This document shows, in pieces, positions 21,566-31,902 of a stretch of DNA of 64,000 nucleotides (position 1 is its first letter; each line of letters starts with the position of its first letter). A program made the translations under genes and the position numbers. Origin of the DNA: an uncultured delta proteobacterium (GTDB lineage Bacteria > Desulfobacterota > Binatia > UTPRO1); the NCBI GenBank assembly GCA_963797545.1, contig CAWCPU010000005.1, forward strand, positions 254,108 to 318,107, read 5' to 3'. A model generated the notes under the pieces. The model had not been told where the DNA came from and ran no database searches. It saw nothing but the letters and a program-made list of their open reading frames with translations.

Positions 21566-22600
21566 TCATCCGCCGCTCCGCGCGACCTCCCGCCCGAGCG
21601 CGATCCGCTCGGCGACCGACAGCTTCGCGACGTCCGCCGCCGCGACCGCGTCCATCAGCGGCCGCAGACCCCGGCGGTTCGCCACTTGAATCGTGAGTCC
21701 CGGGCGCCCGTTCAGCTCGAGAACGAGCGGTCCGCGCTCGGCATCGATCACCACGTCGACGCCGAGATATCCGAGCGGGACGGCGCCGTAGCACTCCGCC
21801 GCGAGCTCCACGACGCGGTCCCAGTCCGGGACCCGCACGCCCACGACCGGGCGGCCGAGATCCGGGTGCGTCGCCGTCGGACGCCCGCGCATCGTCCCGT
21901 ACGAGGTGACGCCGGTCACGAGATCGACGCCGACGGCCATCCCGCCCATGTGCAGGTTGGCGCGGCCGTCGGAGAGCCGGGTCGGCAAGCGCAGCATCGC
22001 CTGCACCGGGACGCCGCGAAAGACGAGGACGCGAACGTCCGGCACGCCGCGGAAGCTGATCGCGCCGAGCACCGGATCGTGGCGCACCCGGGACTCGATC
22101 AGCACGTCGTCACCGTGCGGCGTCAGCGAGAACGCGCCGGCGAGGATGTCGGCGCAATGGCTCTCGAGATCGGCGAGCGAGATCTCGCTGCCGCTCGCCT
22201 TGACGAATCGAGACCCGCGCCGGCCGGCGATCACTTGCACGCCGCCGCCGCCGGACCCGCGGGCCGGCTTGACGACGAACTCCTCGCGCCCCCGCACGAG
22301 CTCGCCGAGGCGGCGAAGATCCCAGGGCACCTCGAGCTCGGCGAAGGTCTCCGGGACGGGAATGCCGCGTGCCGCGAGCGTGCGCTTCGTGGTGGGCTTG
22401 TGGTCGACGACGGCGAACAGCTGCGGCGGATTGTAGGGCACGAGGAACACCAGGTTGCGCCGGTTCATCCCGACGGCGTCGCGACCGACGGTCCGCAGGT
22501 CGTCGACGACGTCGCGCGCGCGCTTCGCCACCCGCGTGAGCCAGCCCTCGCGCCGCACGCCGCCGTGCGCGGCCGAGCCGGCGATCGGCTGCTCCGGCAT
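21566..22600 (-). CDS. Alpha-L-glutamate ligase-like ATP-grasp protein (RimK-related)
   Basis: GMNRRN, VDHK, FVVKPARGSGGGG, GVPDVRV, MLRLPTRLSDGRANLHMGG, LGYLGVD, LELNGRPGLTIQVAN; ATG overlaps the upstream stop (TGATG). Confidence 0.9.
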   Translation of the reverse strand: MPEQPIAGSAAHGGVRREGWLTRVAKRARDVVDDLRTVGRDAVGMNRRNLVFLVPYNPPQLFAVVDHKPTTKRTLAARGIPVPETFAELEVPWDLRRLGELVRGREEFVVKPARGSGGGGVQVIAGRRGSRFVKASGSEISLADLESHCADILAGAFSLTPHGDDVLIESRVRHDPVLGAISFRGVPDVRVLVFRGVPVQAMLRLPTRLSDGRANLHMGGMAVGVDLVTGVTSYGTMRGRPTATHPDLGRPVVGVRVPDWDRVVELAAECYGAVPLGYLGVDVVIDAERGPLVLELNGRPGLTIQVANRRGLRPLMDAVAAADVAKLSVAERIALGREVARSGG

Positions 22601-24957
22601 CACTGCTGGGTGAGCCGGGCACGGCGAGCGAGATCGTAGAAGCGCGCGTACTCGAGCAGGCGGAGACCGCGCCACTTGCCGATCAACACCTCGAGCACGA
22701 TCACGCCGATGAGGATCTCGGGATACGAGAGGATGATCGACTGCACGCCGCCGCGCTCGATGATCAGGTAGCAGGCGCTGCACACCACGAGCGTGTTGAT
22801 CGTCAGGCGAAGCGCCTGCCGCGTTCCCGCCTCGACTTGCGTCGTCGTGAAGTTCTCGATGACGTTCGACATGATGACCATCGGGAAGATGCTGACGTTC
22901 AGCAGCGCGCCGATGCCGAGATACGCGCCGACGACGGTCAGGCCCGCCATCATCGCGGAAACGAGCGCGATCAGGATCGCGAGCCGCGCGACGAGCTGGA
23001 TGCGGATCCATTGCAGCGCGGCGCGCGAGACGACGCCGAGCCCGACGATGACGCAGAAGATCACCACCCCCCACGCCAGTCCCGTCATCAAGAACGCCAG
23101 CGACACGATGACGGGCGCGAAGGTGCCGAAGGTCTCGACCCCGACCAGGTTGCGGAACATCACGACGATGCACGCGATCACCGGCAGGACCAGGATCAGG
23201 TTGATCGCTTGGAGCGGCACCTGCGCGATCACCGCCTCGGACCAGGCCGCGACCAGCGATCGCCGCCAGCGCGCGAGGTGGTGAACCTCCTCCTCGCCGA
23301 TCACCAGCGGCCGGATGTCCCACAGCGCCGCCGCCTCGACCATCGGCACGCCGTCGAGGAGATTGGCGCGGGCGATCGTCCACAAGGTGAGGAGCGGCGC
23401 TTTCGGATTCACCAGCACGAGCTCGCCCGGGTCGATCAGCGTGTAGAGCACCGAGCCGAGCACCCGGCCGACCGCGCGCGGGAAGCCGCCGGCGATCACG
23501 ATGCGCGCGTCGCGCAACGCGATCCCCTGCTCGCCGAGCTGGAGCAGCGCGTACAGTCCGGCTTCGTCGTCGGTCGACACCAGCAGCAGGTGAGACTCGG
23601 CGACGGCGTCGAAGTTGTTCGCGATCAGGCGCTGGAGGTAGTTCTCGCGAAAGTAGCGGGATTCGAAGCGGGCGCTCAGGAAGACGACGCTGATCGATCG
23701 CTGGCGCGCGTCGTCGACGATCTGATCGATGACGCCGTCCGCAATGAGATGGTCGCTGATCAGCACGACCGACGCGACCGGCCGCTCGGCGTAGAACGCG
23801 AACGTCCGGACGCGGTCGGTCTCGCGGCGGATCTCGCGGGCGCGCGCGCCCTCGCGCGTCGCGGTCCCGGTGTCCTGCTCGAGCAGCGATCGCCGCGTCA
23901 CCTGATGGATCAGGACGTCGTAGCGGAAGCCGATGTCCGCGGTGTGCTCGATCAGCGGCAGATCGCCGTAGTAGAGCGTCAGGTAGTTCGTCGGCACGTG
24001 GGCATAGTTGCCGTTCGCCGGGTCGAAGGGCACCCACGTGCCGCCGAGCCACGCCTCGACCCACGAGATCGTCGACCGCTTGCGCGCCGCGTCCTCCAGT
24101 CGGATGCCGCCGACGAAGCGCGCGGGTATGCCGACGCTGCGAAAGAGCGCGACCAGCAAACGCGCCTTGCCCGCGCCGGTGCCACGCTCCGCGGCGAGCA
24201 CGCCGAGCGCGTCGCTCGGCGCGCTCTCGCTTTCCGAGCTGCGGAGGAACGACGCCGCGTACTGATAGAGCGACCACGCGATCTCGTCGACCCGCTCGGT
24301 GTCGCGGGTCAACGCGGCGGCGCGGCGCTTGAGCGCCGGGGCGTCGCTCTGGATCGCATCGCTCGCCGCGAGATACGGCGCGCCGTCTTCGAGGCGCGGG
24401 TTCTCCGCGAGCGCGACGCGCGGCACGTCGAACCAGAGATCGGCGGTCCGGGCGGTGAACGCATAGCTGATGTCGCCCTGGGTCGGGCGGACGGCGTTGG
24501 CATCCCAGTGGACGCGCAGGTTCGGCGCGCGCGCTTCCTCGCGGAACCGGAACGCGCTCGGGCGGATGGCGCGGCTCAAGATCGCTTGCCGTCCGTCGGA
24601 GACGGGCACGAGCATGCCGACGTGCACGGCGTCCGTCATCGGATCGACTTGCATCGAGACGGCGACGTTCCAGTACGTGATCGCCGGCTTCGCGTGCTGC
24701 GGCTTCGCCGGCTCGTCGGAAGGAGTCAAGACCGGCGTGTCGGCGCCGCGGCGCCCCGGGGCCTTCGGCGCCTCCATCAGCGGCGCGTCCTCGGCGTCGA
24801 GATCGGTGCGGCGGCCCTGCGGGCGACGATCGCCGCCGATGCCGCGCTGGGCGCCGGGACCGGTCGCCTGGGTGCCGGGCGCGTCGCCGCGCGCCGCCGA
24901 CGCGCCGAGCACCGCGACGACGACCACGACCAGGGTGCAGTGCCGGACGGCGAGCAT
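22600..24957 (-). CDS. Inactive transglutaminase domain fused to 7TM domain
   Basis: KARLLVALFRSVGIPARFVGG, WVEAW, VPFDP; C-terminal FRNLVGVETFGTFAPV, RLAIL, IFPMVIMS, GKWRGLRLLEYARF; alternative GTG start at 25089. Confidence 0.85.
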   Translation of the reverse strand: MLAVRHCTLVVVVVAVLGASAARGDAPGTQATGPGAQRGIGGDRRPQGRRTDLDAEDAPLMEAPKAPGRRGADTPVLTPSDEPAKPQHAKPAITYWNVAVSMQVDPMTDAVHVGMLVPVSDGRQAILSRAIRPSAFRFREEARAPNLRVHWDANAVRPTQGDISYAFTARTADLWFDVPRVALAENPRLEDGAPYLAASDAIQSDAPALKRRAAALTRDTERVDEIAWSLYQYAASFLRSSESESAPSDALGVLAAERGTGAGKARLLVALFRSVGIPARFVGGIRLEDAARKRSTISWVEAWLGGTWVPFDPANGNYAHVPTNYLTLYYGDLPLIEHTADIGFRYDVLIHQVTRRSLLEQDTGTATREGARAREIRRETDRVRTFAFYAERPVASVVLISDHLIADGVIDQIVDDARQRSISVVFLSARFESRYFRENYLQRLIANNFDAVAESHLLLVSTDDEAGLYALLQLGEQGIALRDARIVIAGGFPRAVGRVLGSVLYTLIDPGELVLVNPKAPLLTLWTIARANLLDGVPMVEAAALWDIRPLVIGEEEVHHLARWRRSLVAAWSEAVIAQVPLQAINLILVLPVIACIVVMFRNLVGVETFGTFAPVIVSLAFLMTGLAWGVVIFCVIVGLGVVSRAALQWIRIQLVARLAILIALVSAMMAGLTVVGAYLGIGALLNVSIFPMVIMSNVIENFTTTQVEAGTRQALRLTINTLVVCSACYLIIERGGVQSIILSYPEILIGVIVLEVLIGKWRGLRLLEYARFYDLARRARLTQQ

Positions 24958-25085
24958 CAGCGCACGTCGAGGATGCCATGCGCCGGCGAGGATGCCTACC
25001 TCGGAGCCGACCGCGCCGGGTCGCGCGCGGGGACGCGCGACCGCGACGGCGCGGCAACCGCGGGAGCCCGGCACCGCGACGGCGC

Positions 25086-26252
25086 TCACCGTGCCGACGC
25101 GAGGACGTCGGCGAGCACGCGCTCGGGCGCGAAGTGCTCGCACGCGAGCGCCCGCGCCGCGGCGCAGTGGCGCGCGTAGTCGCCGGCGAGGGCGCGCACC
25201 GCGTTCGCCGCGTCGGCGAGGTCGCGGAACGCGAACAGACCGTCGCCGACCGGCAGCCGCCGTCCGAAACCGGTGTCTTGATTCACCGCCGGCCGTCCGG
25301 CGGCGAGGTAACAGGCGCTGCGGTCGCTGAACCAGCCGCTCGCGAGCCGCACGTTGACGTCCTTGGCGACCGTGAACTCGCCCTTCGACTCGCGGATGAA
25401 CGCGCGGTACGCCTCGGGATCGCTCGAGACGGCGAGCGGATCGACGATCTCCCAGCCGGCGTCCTCGAGCCGTCGCCGGTCGTCCGGGTAGCCGGCGACG
25501 TCCATCGCGATCCGAAAACGCTCGCCGGTGACGCGCGGCAGCTCGAGGAAGCGCAGCCACTCGGTCCGCTTGCGCCAGCCGAAGACCTCGCCGGCGAAGG
25601 CGACGTCGCGCCCGGCGCTGTCCCATTTGCCGATCGTCGTATACGCGGCGCCGGCAACCGGCGGCAGCGGCTCCCAGGACGCGGCGTCGATCGGCTGCCG
25701 GAGCGGCCGCCAGCCGACGCCCGCGGTCGGGATGCGGCACGGCGGCGCGCCGATGTTCTCGCCGAGCGTGAAGTGCACGTCGTGCTCCTCCACCATCGCC
25801 CGCAACCGGGTGTCGCCCTCGACGAGGCGGAGCTGCGTATAGGCCGGGTCGAGGTCGACGTACGCGGTCCGCGCGCGGGGGAACCACGCGCGCGGCAGCA
25901 GGTTCACGCCGCCGAGATTGACGACGAGGTCGGCGTCGGTGAGCGCGGCGCGAGCGGCATCGCGCGTGGCGCCGTGGAATCGATCGGCGGCCGCGTCCCA
26001 GAAGCACCACGCGCCGCCGAATCCGTGCCGATCGAGAAAGCTGCGCGCGAAGCCGACGCCGTGCTCGTACCCCGCGGTCACCATCGCCGGCGCGCCCGGC
26101 ACGTACGCGTCGGCGTAGTAGCTGGTGTCCTCGTAGAAGAACACCTCGCAGCCGAGCGCGCGGAATCCGAGGAGGAAGTGCAAGGCCTGCCAGGCGTAGC
26201 CGCCGAGCGGGAAGCGCACGAGGTAGCCGGCGACGACGACCCGCGGTCCCAC
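25086..26252 (-). CDS. Putative GT-B glycosyltransferase, paralog 1
   Basis: FPLGGYAWQALHFLLG...YED; DLDP; TLGENIG; SKGEFTVAKD...SGWFSDRSACYLAAGRPAVNQDTGF. Confidence 0.75.
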   Translation of the reverse strand: MGPRVVVAGYLVRFPLGGYAWQALHFLLGFRALGCEVFFYEDTSYYADAYVPGAPAMVTAGYEHGVGFARSFLDRHGFGGAWCFWDAAADRFHGATRDAARAALTDADLVVNLGGVNLLPRAWFPRARTAYVDLDPAYTQLRLVEGDTRLRAMVEEHDVHFTLGENIGAPPCRIPTAGVGWRPLRQPIDAASWEPLPPVAGAAYTTIGKWDSAGRDVAFAGEVFGWRKRTEWLRFLELPRVTGERFRIAMDVAGYPDDRRRLEDAGWEIVDPLAVSSDPEAYRAFIRESKGEFTVAKDVNVRLASGWFSDRSACYLAAGRPAVNQDTGFGRRLPVGDGLFAFRDLADAANAVRALAGDYARHCAAARALACEHFAPERVLADVLASAR

Positions 26253-26253
26253 G

Positions 26254-27417
26254 TCACGCTCCCGCGTCGGCGACGAGGCGGCGGAGTATGCGCGCCGCAT
26301 CGAACGCGTCGGCGGCGAGCGCGCGCGCGCCGGCGCAGCGCCGCGCGTAGCCCTCCTCGACGGCGGCGAGCGCGGCCGCCGCCTGCTCGACGTCGGCGAA
26401 CGGCAGGATCGCCTCGCCGATCGGATAGTGCGGCGCGAGGCCGGTGTCCTGGACGACGACCGGACGGCCGGTCGCGAGGTACGACGCCGATCGCGTGCTG
26501 AACCACCCGCTGCGCGGCGCGACGTACGCCTCCTTGGCGACGCTCAGCTCGCCGCGCGAGCCGGCGATGTACTCGCGGTAGGTCTCGAGCGTCGCCGACG
26601 CCGTGCGCGCGTCGATGATCCGCCAGCCCGACGCGCGCAGCGCGGCGATCGGCGCCGCGCCGGCGAGCGCCACCTCGAGCGTCGCGCGCGTCCGCGCCGG
26701 CAGGCCGAGGATCTTCGCGAACTCCACGTCCTTCGCGCCGTAGCACCGGCCGCCGAAGACGGGCGGCGTGACGTCGGTCTTCCAGGACATGACCGTCGTG
26801 AACGCGCCGCCCGCGGGCGGCGCGCACGGCGGCCAGTCGGCGAGCACGATCGGGTGACGCGTCGGATGCCAGACGAGACCGGCGGTGGGAATCGCGCACT
26901 CCGGGCGCCCGATGTTCTCGGCGAAGGAGAAGAACACGTCGTGGCGCCGGATCATCGCCGCCGAGTACGCGACGTGCTCGTCGGCGGTACCGGCGTCGGC
27001 GGCGACGAGCTTCGCCTGGCTGTAGCACGGGTCGGTGTCGACGTAGGCGGCGACGCCGCGACCGCGGTACTCGTCGCGGAGCCAGCACGCGCCCGAGACG
27101 TTCACCAAGAGGTCCGCGTCGCGACAGCAGACGCGCAACGCCGTCTCGTCCATCCCGTGGAGGCGCCCGTGCGGATCGCGAAACGCCCAGGGGACGCGCC
27201 GATCGCCCCGGTGCAGCACGCCCGCGAGGTGCGCGACGTTGGCGCGCGCGTCGTCGCTGTAGGTCTCCGCGGCGGGGTCGTACACCCACTGGCCGGTGTC
27301 CTCGAGGTAGGTCACGTCGGCGCCGAGGTCCGCGAAGCCGTGGACGTACTGCAGGTAGTCCCAGGCGACGCCGGCGACGGGATACGTCGCGATGAGCCCG
27401 GTCACGATCACGCGCAT
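26254..27417 (-). CDS. Putative GT-B glycosyltransferase, paralog 2
   Basis: YPVAGVAWDYLQY...LED; DTDP; SFAENIG; SRGELSVAKE...SGWFSTRSASYLATGRPVVVQDTG. Confidence 0.75.
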   Translation of the reverse strand: MRVIVTGLIATYPVAGVAWDYLQYVHGFADLGADVTYLEDTGQWVYDPAAETYSDDARANVAHLAGVLHRGDRRVPWAFRDPHGRLHGMDETALRVCCRDADLLVNVSGACWLRDEYRGRGVAAYVDTDPCYSQAKLVAADAGTADEHVAYSAAMIRRHDVFFSFAENIGRPECAIPTAGLVWHPTRHPIVLADWPPCAPPAGGAFTTVMSWKTDVTPPVFGGRCYGAKDVEFAKILGLPARTRATLEVALAGAAPIAALRASGWRIIDARTASATLETYREYIAGSRGELSVAKEAYVAPRSGWFSTRSASYLATGRPVVVQDTGLAPHYPIGEAILPFADVEQAAAALAAVEEGYARRCAGARALAADAFDAARILRRLVADAGA

Positions 27418-27546
27418 GCGCCTGCGTTCTCTATCGGCTCCCACGCCGCGGGTCACGCGGCACCGGGCGCCGTCCTCGCCGTCTTGACGTCCCGACCATG
27501 CGGTGCGTAGTCACGACGCCGAGACGCCGATCGTCTCGCCAAGGCA

Positions 27547-28125
27547 ATGGATCCGAAGCCGAGCTCGCCGCCGCACGTCTCGCGGCCAGCACCGTCGGTC
27601 GCGAATCGCCGCGCCGCGAAGCGCGCGCGGCCGATCGTCTGGCGGTTCGTCGTCTTCTATCCCCTCTCCGTCCTCGCCGTCGCCGGCTTGCTCGCGACGG
27701 ACTTCGTCGCCGAGCGGGTCGACGTTCCGGTCAACGTCCTCACCGCCCGCGCCGCGGCGGCGCTGTTGAACGCGATCGGCTTCGCCACCGTGCCGCACGG
27801 GATCAATCTCACGCACCTCGGGCAGACCGTCGCGGTCAGGACCGGGTGCAGCGGCCTCGAGCTCCTCGGCGTCCTGGTACCGGCGATGCTGCTCTTCCCG
27901 GCGTCGGCGCGGGCGAAGGGCCTCGGCGTCGCGGCGGCGGTCGCGGTGCTGCTCCCGCTGAACGCGCTCCGCGTCGCGTCGCTCTGCCTGCTGCTCGCGG
28001 CGAGCGCCCCTGCGTTCGAGCTCGCGCATCTCTACTTCTGGCAGGCGGCGCTGATCGGCTGCCTGTTCGCGTTCTTCCTCGCGTGGGTGCGTACCGTCGC
28101 GTGGGCGAGACCCGCAAGCTCCTGA
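27547..28125 (+). CDS. Exosortase/archaeosortase family protein (short, XrtH-like)
   Basis: Multi-TM; catalytic triad motifs GCSG (Cys), LNALRV (Arg), AHLYFWQ (His). Confidence 0.82.
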   Translation: MDPKPSSPPHVSRPAPSVANRRAAKRARPIVWRFVVFYPLSVLAVAGLLATDFVAERVDVPVNVLTARAAAALLNAIGFATVPHGINLTHLGQTVAVRTGCSGLELLGVLVPAMLLFPASARAKGLGVAAAVAVLLPLNALRVASLCLLLAASAPAFELAHLYFWQAALIGCLFAFFLAWVRTVAWARPASS

Positions 28126-28752
28126 GCGGCGCCCTGGTCTTCGCGGGCGTCTACACGGCCGCTTTCCTACTCTGGACCGCGACCAACCTCGAGCAGCACC
28201 TCTGGCTCGAGCCGCTCGCGGCGGGCGCGCGGCTGCTCACCGCGATCGTCGAGCACCCGCCGGTGACGGCCGCGATCGTCACCGCGCCGGGATGGATCTG
28301 GGTCACGACGGTCTCGCTCGGTGGGAGTCGAGCTGCATCACTTCGGGCTCGTCGGCGCGACCTTCACGAGCGCGGTGCCGATCCTGCTCGCGCTCGTCGC
28401 CGTCGCGCCGGGCATCGCGCGCCGCGACCGCCTCCGGCTCCTCGGCGTCGCCCTCGCCGGGCTGCTGGTGTTGAACGTCGCCGCCGTCACCTGTCTCATC
28501 GAGGCGACGTACCTCCGCATCCCCGACATGGCGGCGAGCGACCTCCTGCGGACGCAGCGCGCGCTCGCGCCGCTCTATCGCGCCGCCGAGAAGGCGCTCG
28601 GGAGCTACATGGCCGAGCTCGGCATGCTCGCGGTGGTCTTCGGCGCCGGCTTCCTCGCGACCGGCGCCGGCAGCGCCGCGGGCGCCCCCGGGCGGAACGA
28701 CCCGTGCCCGTGCGGCAGCGGCGCGAAGTTCAAGCGCTGCTGCGCGCGCTGA
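28101..28752 (+). CDS. Membrane protein with C-terminal SEC-C Zn-binding motif (frameshift near 28320)
   Basis: Hydrophobic segments in two frames (LVFAGVYTAAFLLW; VPILLALVAVAPG); ends PGRNDPCPCGSGAKFKRCC. Confidence 0.7.
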
Positions 28753-28836
28753 CGCCGCGGCCGGTCCGCGCCTCACGACCGCGCGAGCGCCGACCGGACG
28801 CGACGGCGGGCGCCGTGAGACATCGGAGCCGGTCGC

Positions 28837-30051
28837 TCACGCGAAGGCCGCGTCGAGCATCCGGCCGAGCACGCGCTCGGCCGCGAAGTACTCCGCCGCG
28901 AGCTCGCGCGCGGCCGCGGCGTGCGCGCCGTACGCGTCGGCGACGTTCCGCACCGCGGCCACGGCCGCCGCGCAGTCGTCGAATCCGACCACCCCGAGGC
29001 CGCTCGGGACGACGGCGCTGAACCCGGTCTCCTGCGTGACGACCGGCTTGCCGGCCGCGAGGAAGCAGGCGCTGCGGTCGCTGAACCACCCGCTCCGCGG
29101 CCGCACGTAGATGTCCTTCGCGACCGTGAACTCGCCGCGCGCGCCGCGGATGAAATCGCGGTACGCGTCGAGGTCGGCGGAGAGCGGCCGCGGATCGACG
29201 AGCTGCCAGCCGCGGGCCGCGAGATCGGCGCGGATCGCCGCGTCGATCGGGTCCATCGCGAGCTCGAACCGCACGCCCGCGAGCCGCGGCACGTCGAGGA
29301 CCGAGAGGAAGTTGCGGTGCTTCGACCACCGATAGGTCTCGCCGCGGAACTCGACGTCCTTCCCCTTGTTCTCCCAGGTCGCGATCGTGCGAAAGCAGCG
29401 CGCGACGTCCTCCACGGCGCCGGCACGGCGGCTCGCCGCCCCGGCGCCCTGGGCCGCCCCGCTCCACCAGTCGAGGACGACCGGCGGCCGCGTCGGCACC
29501 CAGCGGAAGCGTTCGATCGGCACGCGGCACCGCGGCGTGCCGAGCAGCTCGCCGTAGGTGAAGAGCACGTCGTGCGCCGCGAGGAACGCGATGCTGTCGG
29601 CGTCGCCGTTCGCGACCCGCATCTGCTCGTAGACCGGATCGGTCTCGACGTAGCACAGCCGCGCGCCGCGCTTGTGCTCGTCGCGCGGCCGCGTCGCGCC
29701 GCAGACGTTGAAGACGACCTCGGCCGATCCGTAGAGGCCGTCGACCCGCGCCTTCGTCATGCCGTACCAGTCGCCGGTGAGCGCGTCCCAATACGCCCAG
29801 CGATCCGCGAAATCGATCCGGCGCATCGCCGCCGCGAGCGCGGCGACGTTCGCCCGCGCGTCGGTCGCGATGCTGTCGTGACGCGCGTCGTAGGGCGGCG
29901 CGCCGGAGTCCTCGACGTAGTACACGTCGCAGCCGAGCGCGCGCAGGCCCGCCACGTAGTGGAGCGCCTGCCAGACGACGCCGGCGAGCGGGTACTGCCC
30001 GGCGATGCCGAGGACGACGACGCGCGGGCCGCGGCGCGACGCGGAGCCCAT
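28837..30051 (-). CDS. Putative GT-B glycosyltransferase, paralog 3
   Basis: YPLAGVVWQALHY...VEDS; ETDP; TYGE; ARGEFTVAKD...SGWFSDRSACFLAAGKPVVTQETGF. Confidence 0.75.
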   Translation of the reverse strand: MGSASRRGPRVVVLGIAGQYPLAGVVWQALHYVAGLRALGCDVYYVEDSGAPPYDARHDSIATDARANVAALAAAMRRIDFADRWAYWDALTGDWYGMTKARVDGLYGSAEVVFNVCGATRPRDEHKRGARLCYVETDPVYEQMRVANGDADSIAFLAAHDVLFTYGELLGTPRCRVPIERFRWVPTRPPVVLDWWSGAAQGAGAASRRAGAVEDVARCFRTIATWENKGKDVEFRGETYRWSKHRNFLSVLDVPRLAGVRFELAMDPIDAAIRADLAARGWQLVDPRPLSADLDAYRDFIRGARGEFTVAKDIYVRPRSGWFSDRSACFLAAGKPVVTQETGFSAVVPSGLGVVGFDDCAAAVAAVRNVADAYGAHAAAARELAAEYFAAERVLGRMLDAAFA

Positions 30052-30091
30052 CGCGCTAGCCGCTCTCGCCGGGTCGCGGAGCCGTCATCGC

Positions 30092-31880
30092 CTAGCCGAT
30101 CGCGCCGCGCTTGGCGCGGACGCCGAACTGCGCCTCGTGGAGCCGGGCGAACGCGCCGCCGCGCGCGACGAGCTCGTCGAACGTGCCGCTCTCGGCGACG
30201 ACGCCCTCGCGGAGCACGACGATCCGATCCGCGTGGCGCACGGTCGACAGGCGGTGCGCGATCACGAACGTCGTGCGCCCGCGCATCAGCTCGTGGAGCG
30301 CGGCGATGACGAGCGACTCGGTCTCGGCGTCGAGCGCCGAGGTCGGCTCGTCGAGGATCAGGATCGGCGCGTCGCGCAGGATGGCGCGGGCGATCGTCAA
30401 GCGCTGGCGCTCGCCGTCCGACAGGGTCGCGCCTTGCTCGCCGACCGGCGTCTCGAGACCGAGCGGCAGGCGCGCCAGCAGCCCGTCGAGCTGCGCCAGG
30501 CGCGCCGCCCGCGCGACGTCGGCGTCCGCCGCGAACGGGCTGCCGTAGGCGACGTTCTCGCGGAACGTCGTCGGAAAGACCAGCGACGGCTGCAGCACCA
30601 TGCCGATCCGGCTCCGCAGCTCGCGCAGGCGAAACTCGCGGACGTCGACGCCGTCGAGCAGCACCCTGCCGGCGGTGGGATCGAAGAAGCGCGCGACCAG
30701 GCTCACCAGCGTCGTCTTGCCGGCGCCGGTCGCGCCGACGATCGCCGTCACCTCGCCGGCGCGCGCGGTCACGTCGACGTCGCGGAGGACGGGACGGCCG
30801 GCGACGTACTCGAACGCGACGTGCTCGAACCGCACCTCGCCGCGGAGCCTCGCCGGATCGAGCGTGCGATGCCCTTCCGCCAGGTCGGGCGTGGTCTCGA
30901 GAATCTCGAGGACCCGGCGGGCACCGGCACGGGCGCCCTGCACCATCCCGATGGTCTGGCTGATGCTGTTGATCGGCGCGTACAGCGACGCGAGGTAGCT
31001 GGTGAAGACGAGGATCTGCCCGATCGTGAGCGCGCCCGCGAGCACGTGCGTCGCGCCGACCCAGAGCACGAGCGCGGTGCCGAGCGCGACGATCACGTTG
31101 ATGCCGCTCGCGTACACCGTCTGGAGGACGTACAGGCGCCAGTTCGCCTGCAGGCTCTCGGTGCTCGAGGCGAGAAAACGGCTGCTCTCCTCGTCCTCGG
31201 TGGTGAACGCCTGGATGACGCGGATCGCGGCGATGCCGCGCTGGGTGACCGAGTAGAGCCGGCTCTCCTTCTCACGCGCATCCGTCGCGACCGCGGTGAT
31301 TCGCCGGCCCATCAGCGAGATCGCGACGAAGATCACCGGGCAGACCGCGAGCGCGACCAGCGTCAGGACGGCGTCGATCCGCAGCATGATCGCCATCATC
31401 CCGGCGAACAGCGCGACCGAGGTCATGATCGGAAAGACGCCGTTCATGCTGAGCGTCTGGATCGCGAAGGTGTCGGCGGTGACGCGGTAGAGCAGATCGC
31501 CGACCTCGCGGCCGCCGTGGAAGCGCAGCGACAGGCGCTGCAGGTGCTGGTACAGGTCGCGGCGAAAGTCGTTCACCATCCCCTGGCCGACCCTGATCGT
31601 GGTGGCGTTGTGGAGGACGCTGAGGAGCGCCAGCACGCCGTAGAGCGCGACCAGGCCCGCGCACGCGACCAGCAAGAGCGCGCGCGGCGAGCGGCCGGCG
31701 AGCGGTCCGGCGCGTCATCGGCGCGCCGCCGAGGACGTTGTCGACGACGATCTTCAGCGGCCACGGCTTCAACAGCTCGCCGGCGCTGATCAGGATCACC
31801 TGCACGACCGCGAAGGCGAACGCCACCCGGTACGGCCGGAGGTAGTGCGCGATCGTGCGCGCCAGCGGGAACGCGCTCAT
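30092..31880 (-). CDS. ABC exporter, fused TMD-NBD (MsbA/NdvA-like; frameshift near 31700)
   Basis: LLKPWPLKIVVDNVLG; HLQRLSL; Walker A GATGAGKTT; LSDGERQRL; ILDEPTSALD; IAHRLST. Confidence 0.92.
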
Positions 31881-31902
31881 GCGTCTCGCCGGGTCGGGCG
31901 CC

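Noticed and set aside
27440-28820. Short shared words (acgccgcgg, cgggcgccgt) flanking the exosortase cassette as target-site duplications
   Set aside because: 9-10 nt GC-rich words with different spacing; not significant here
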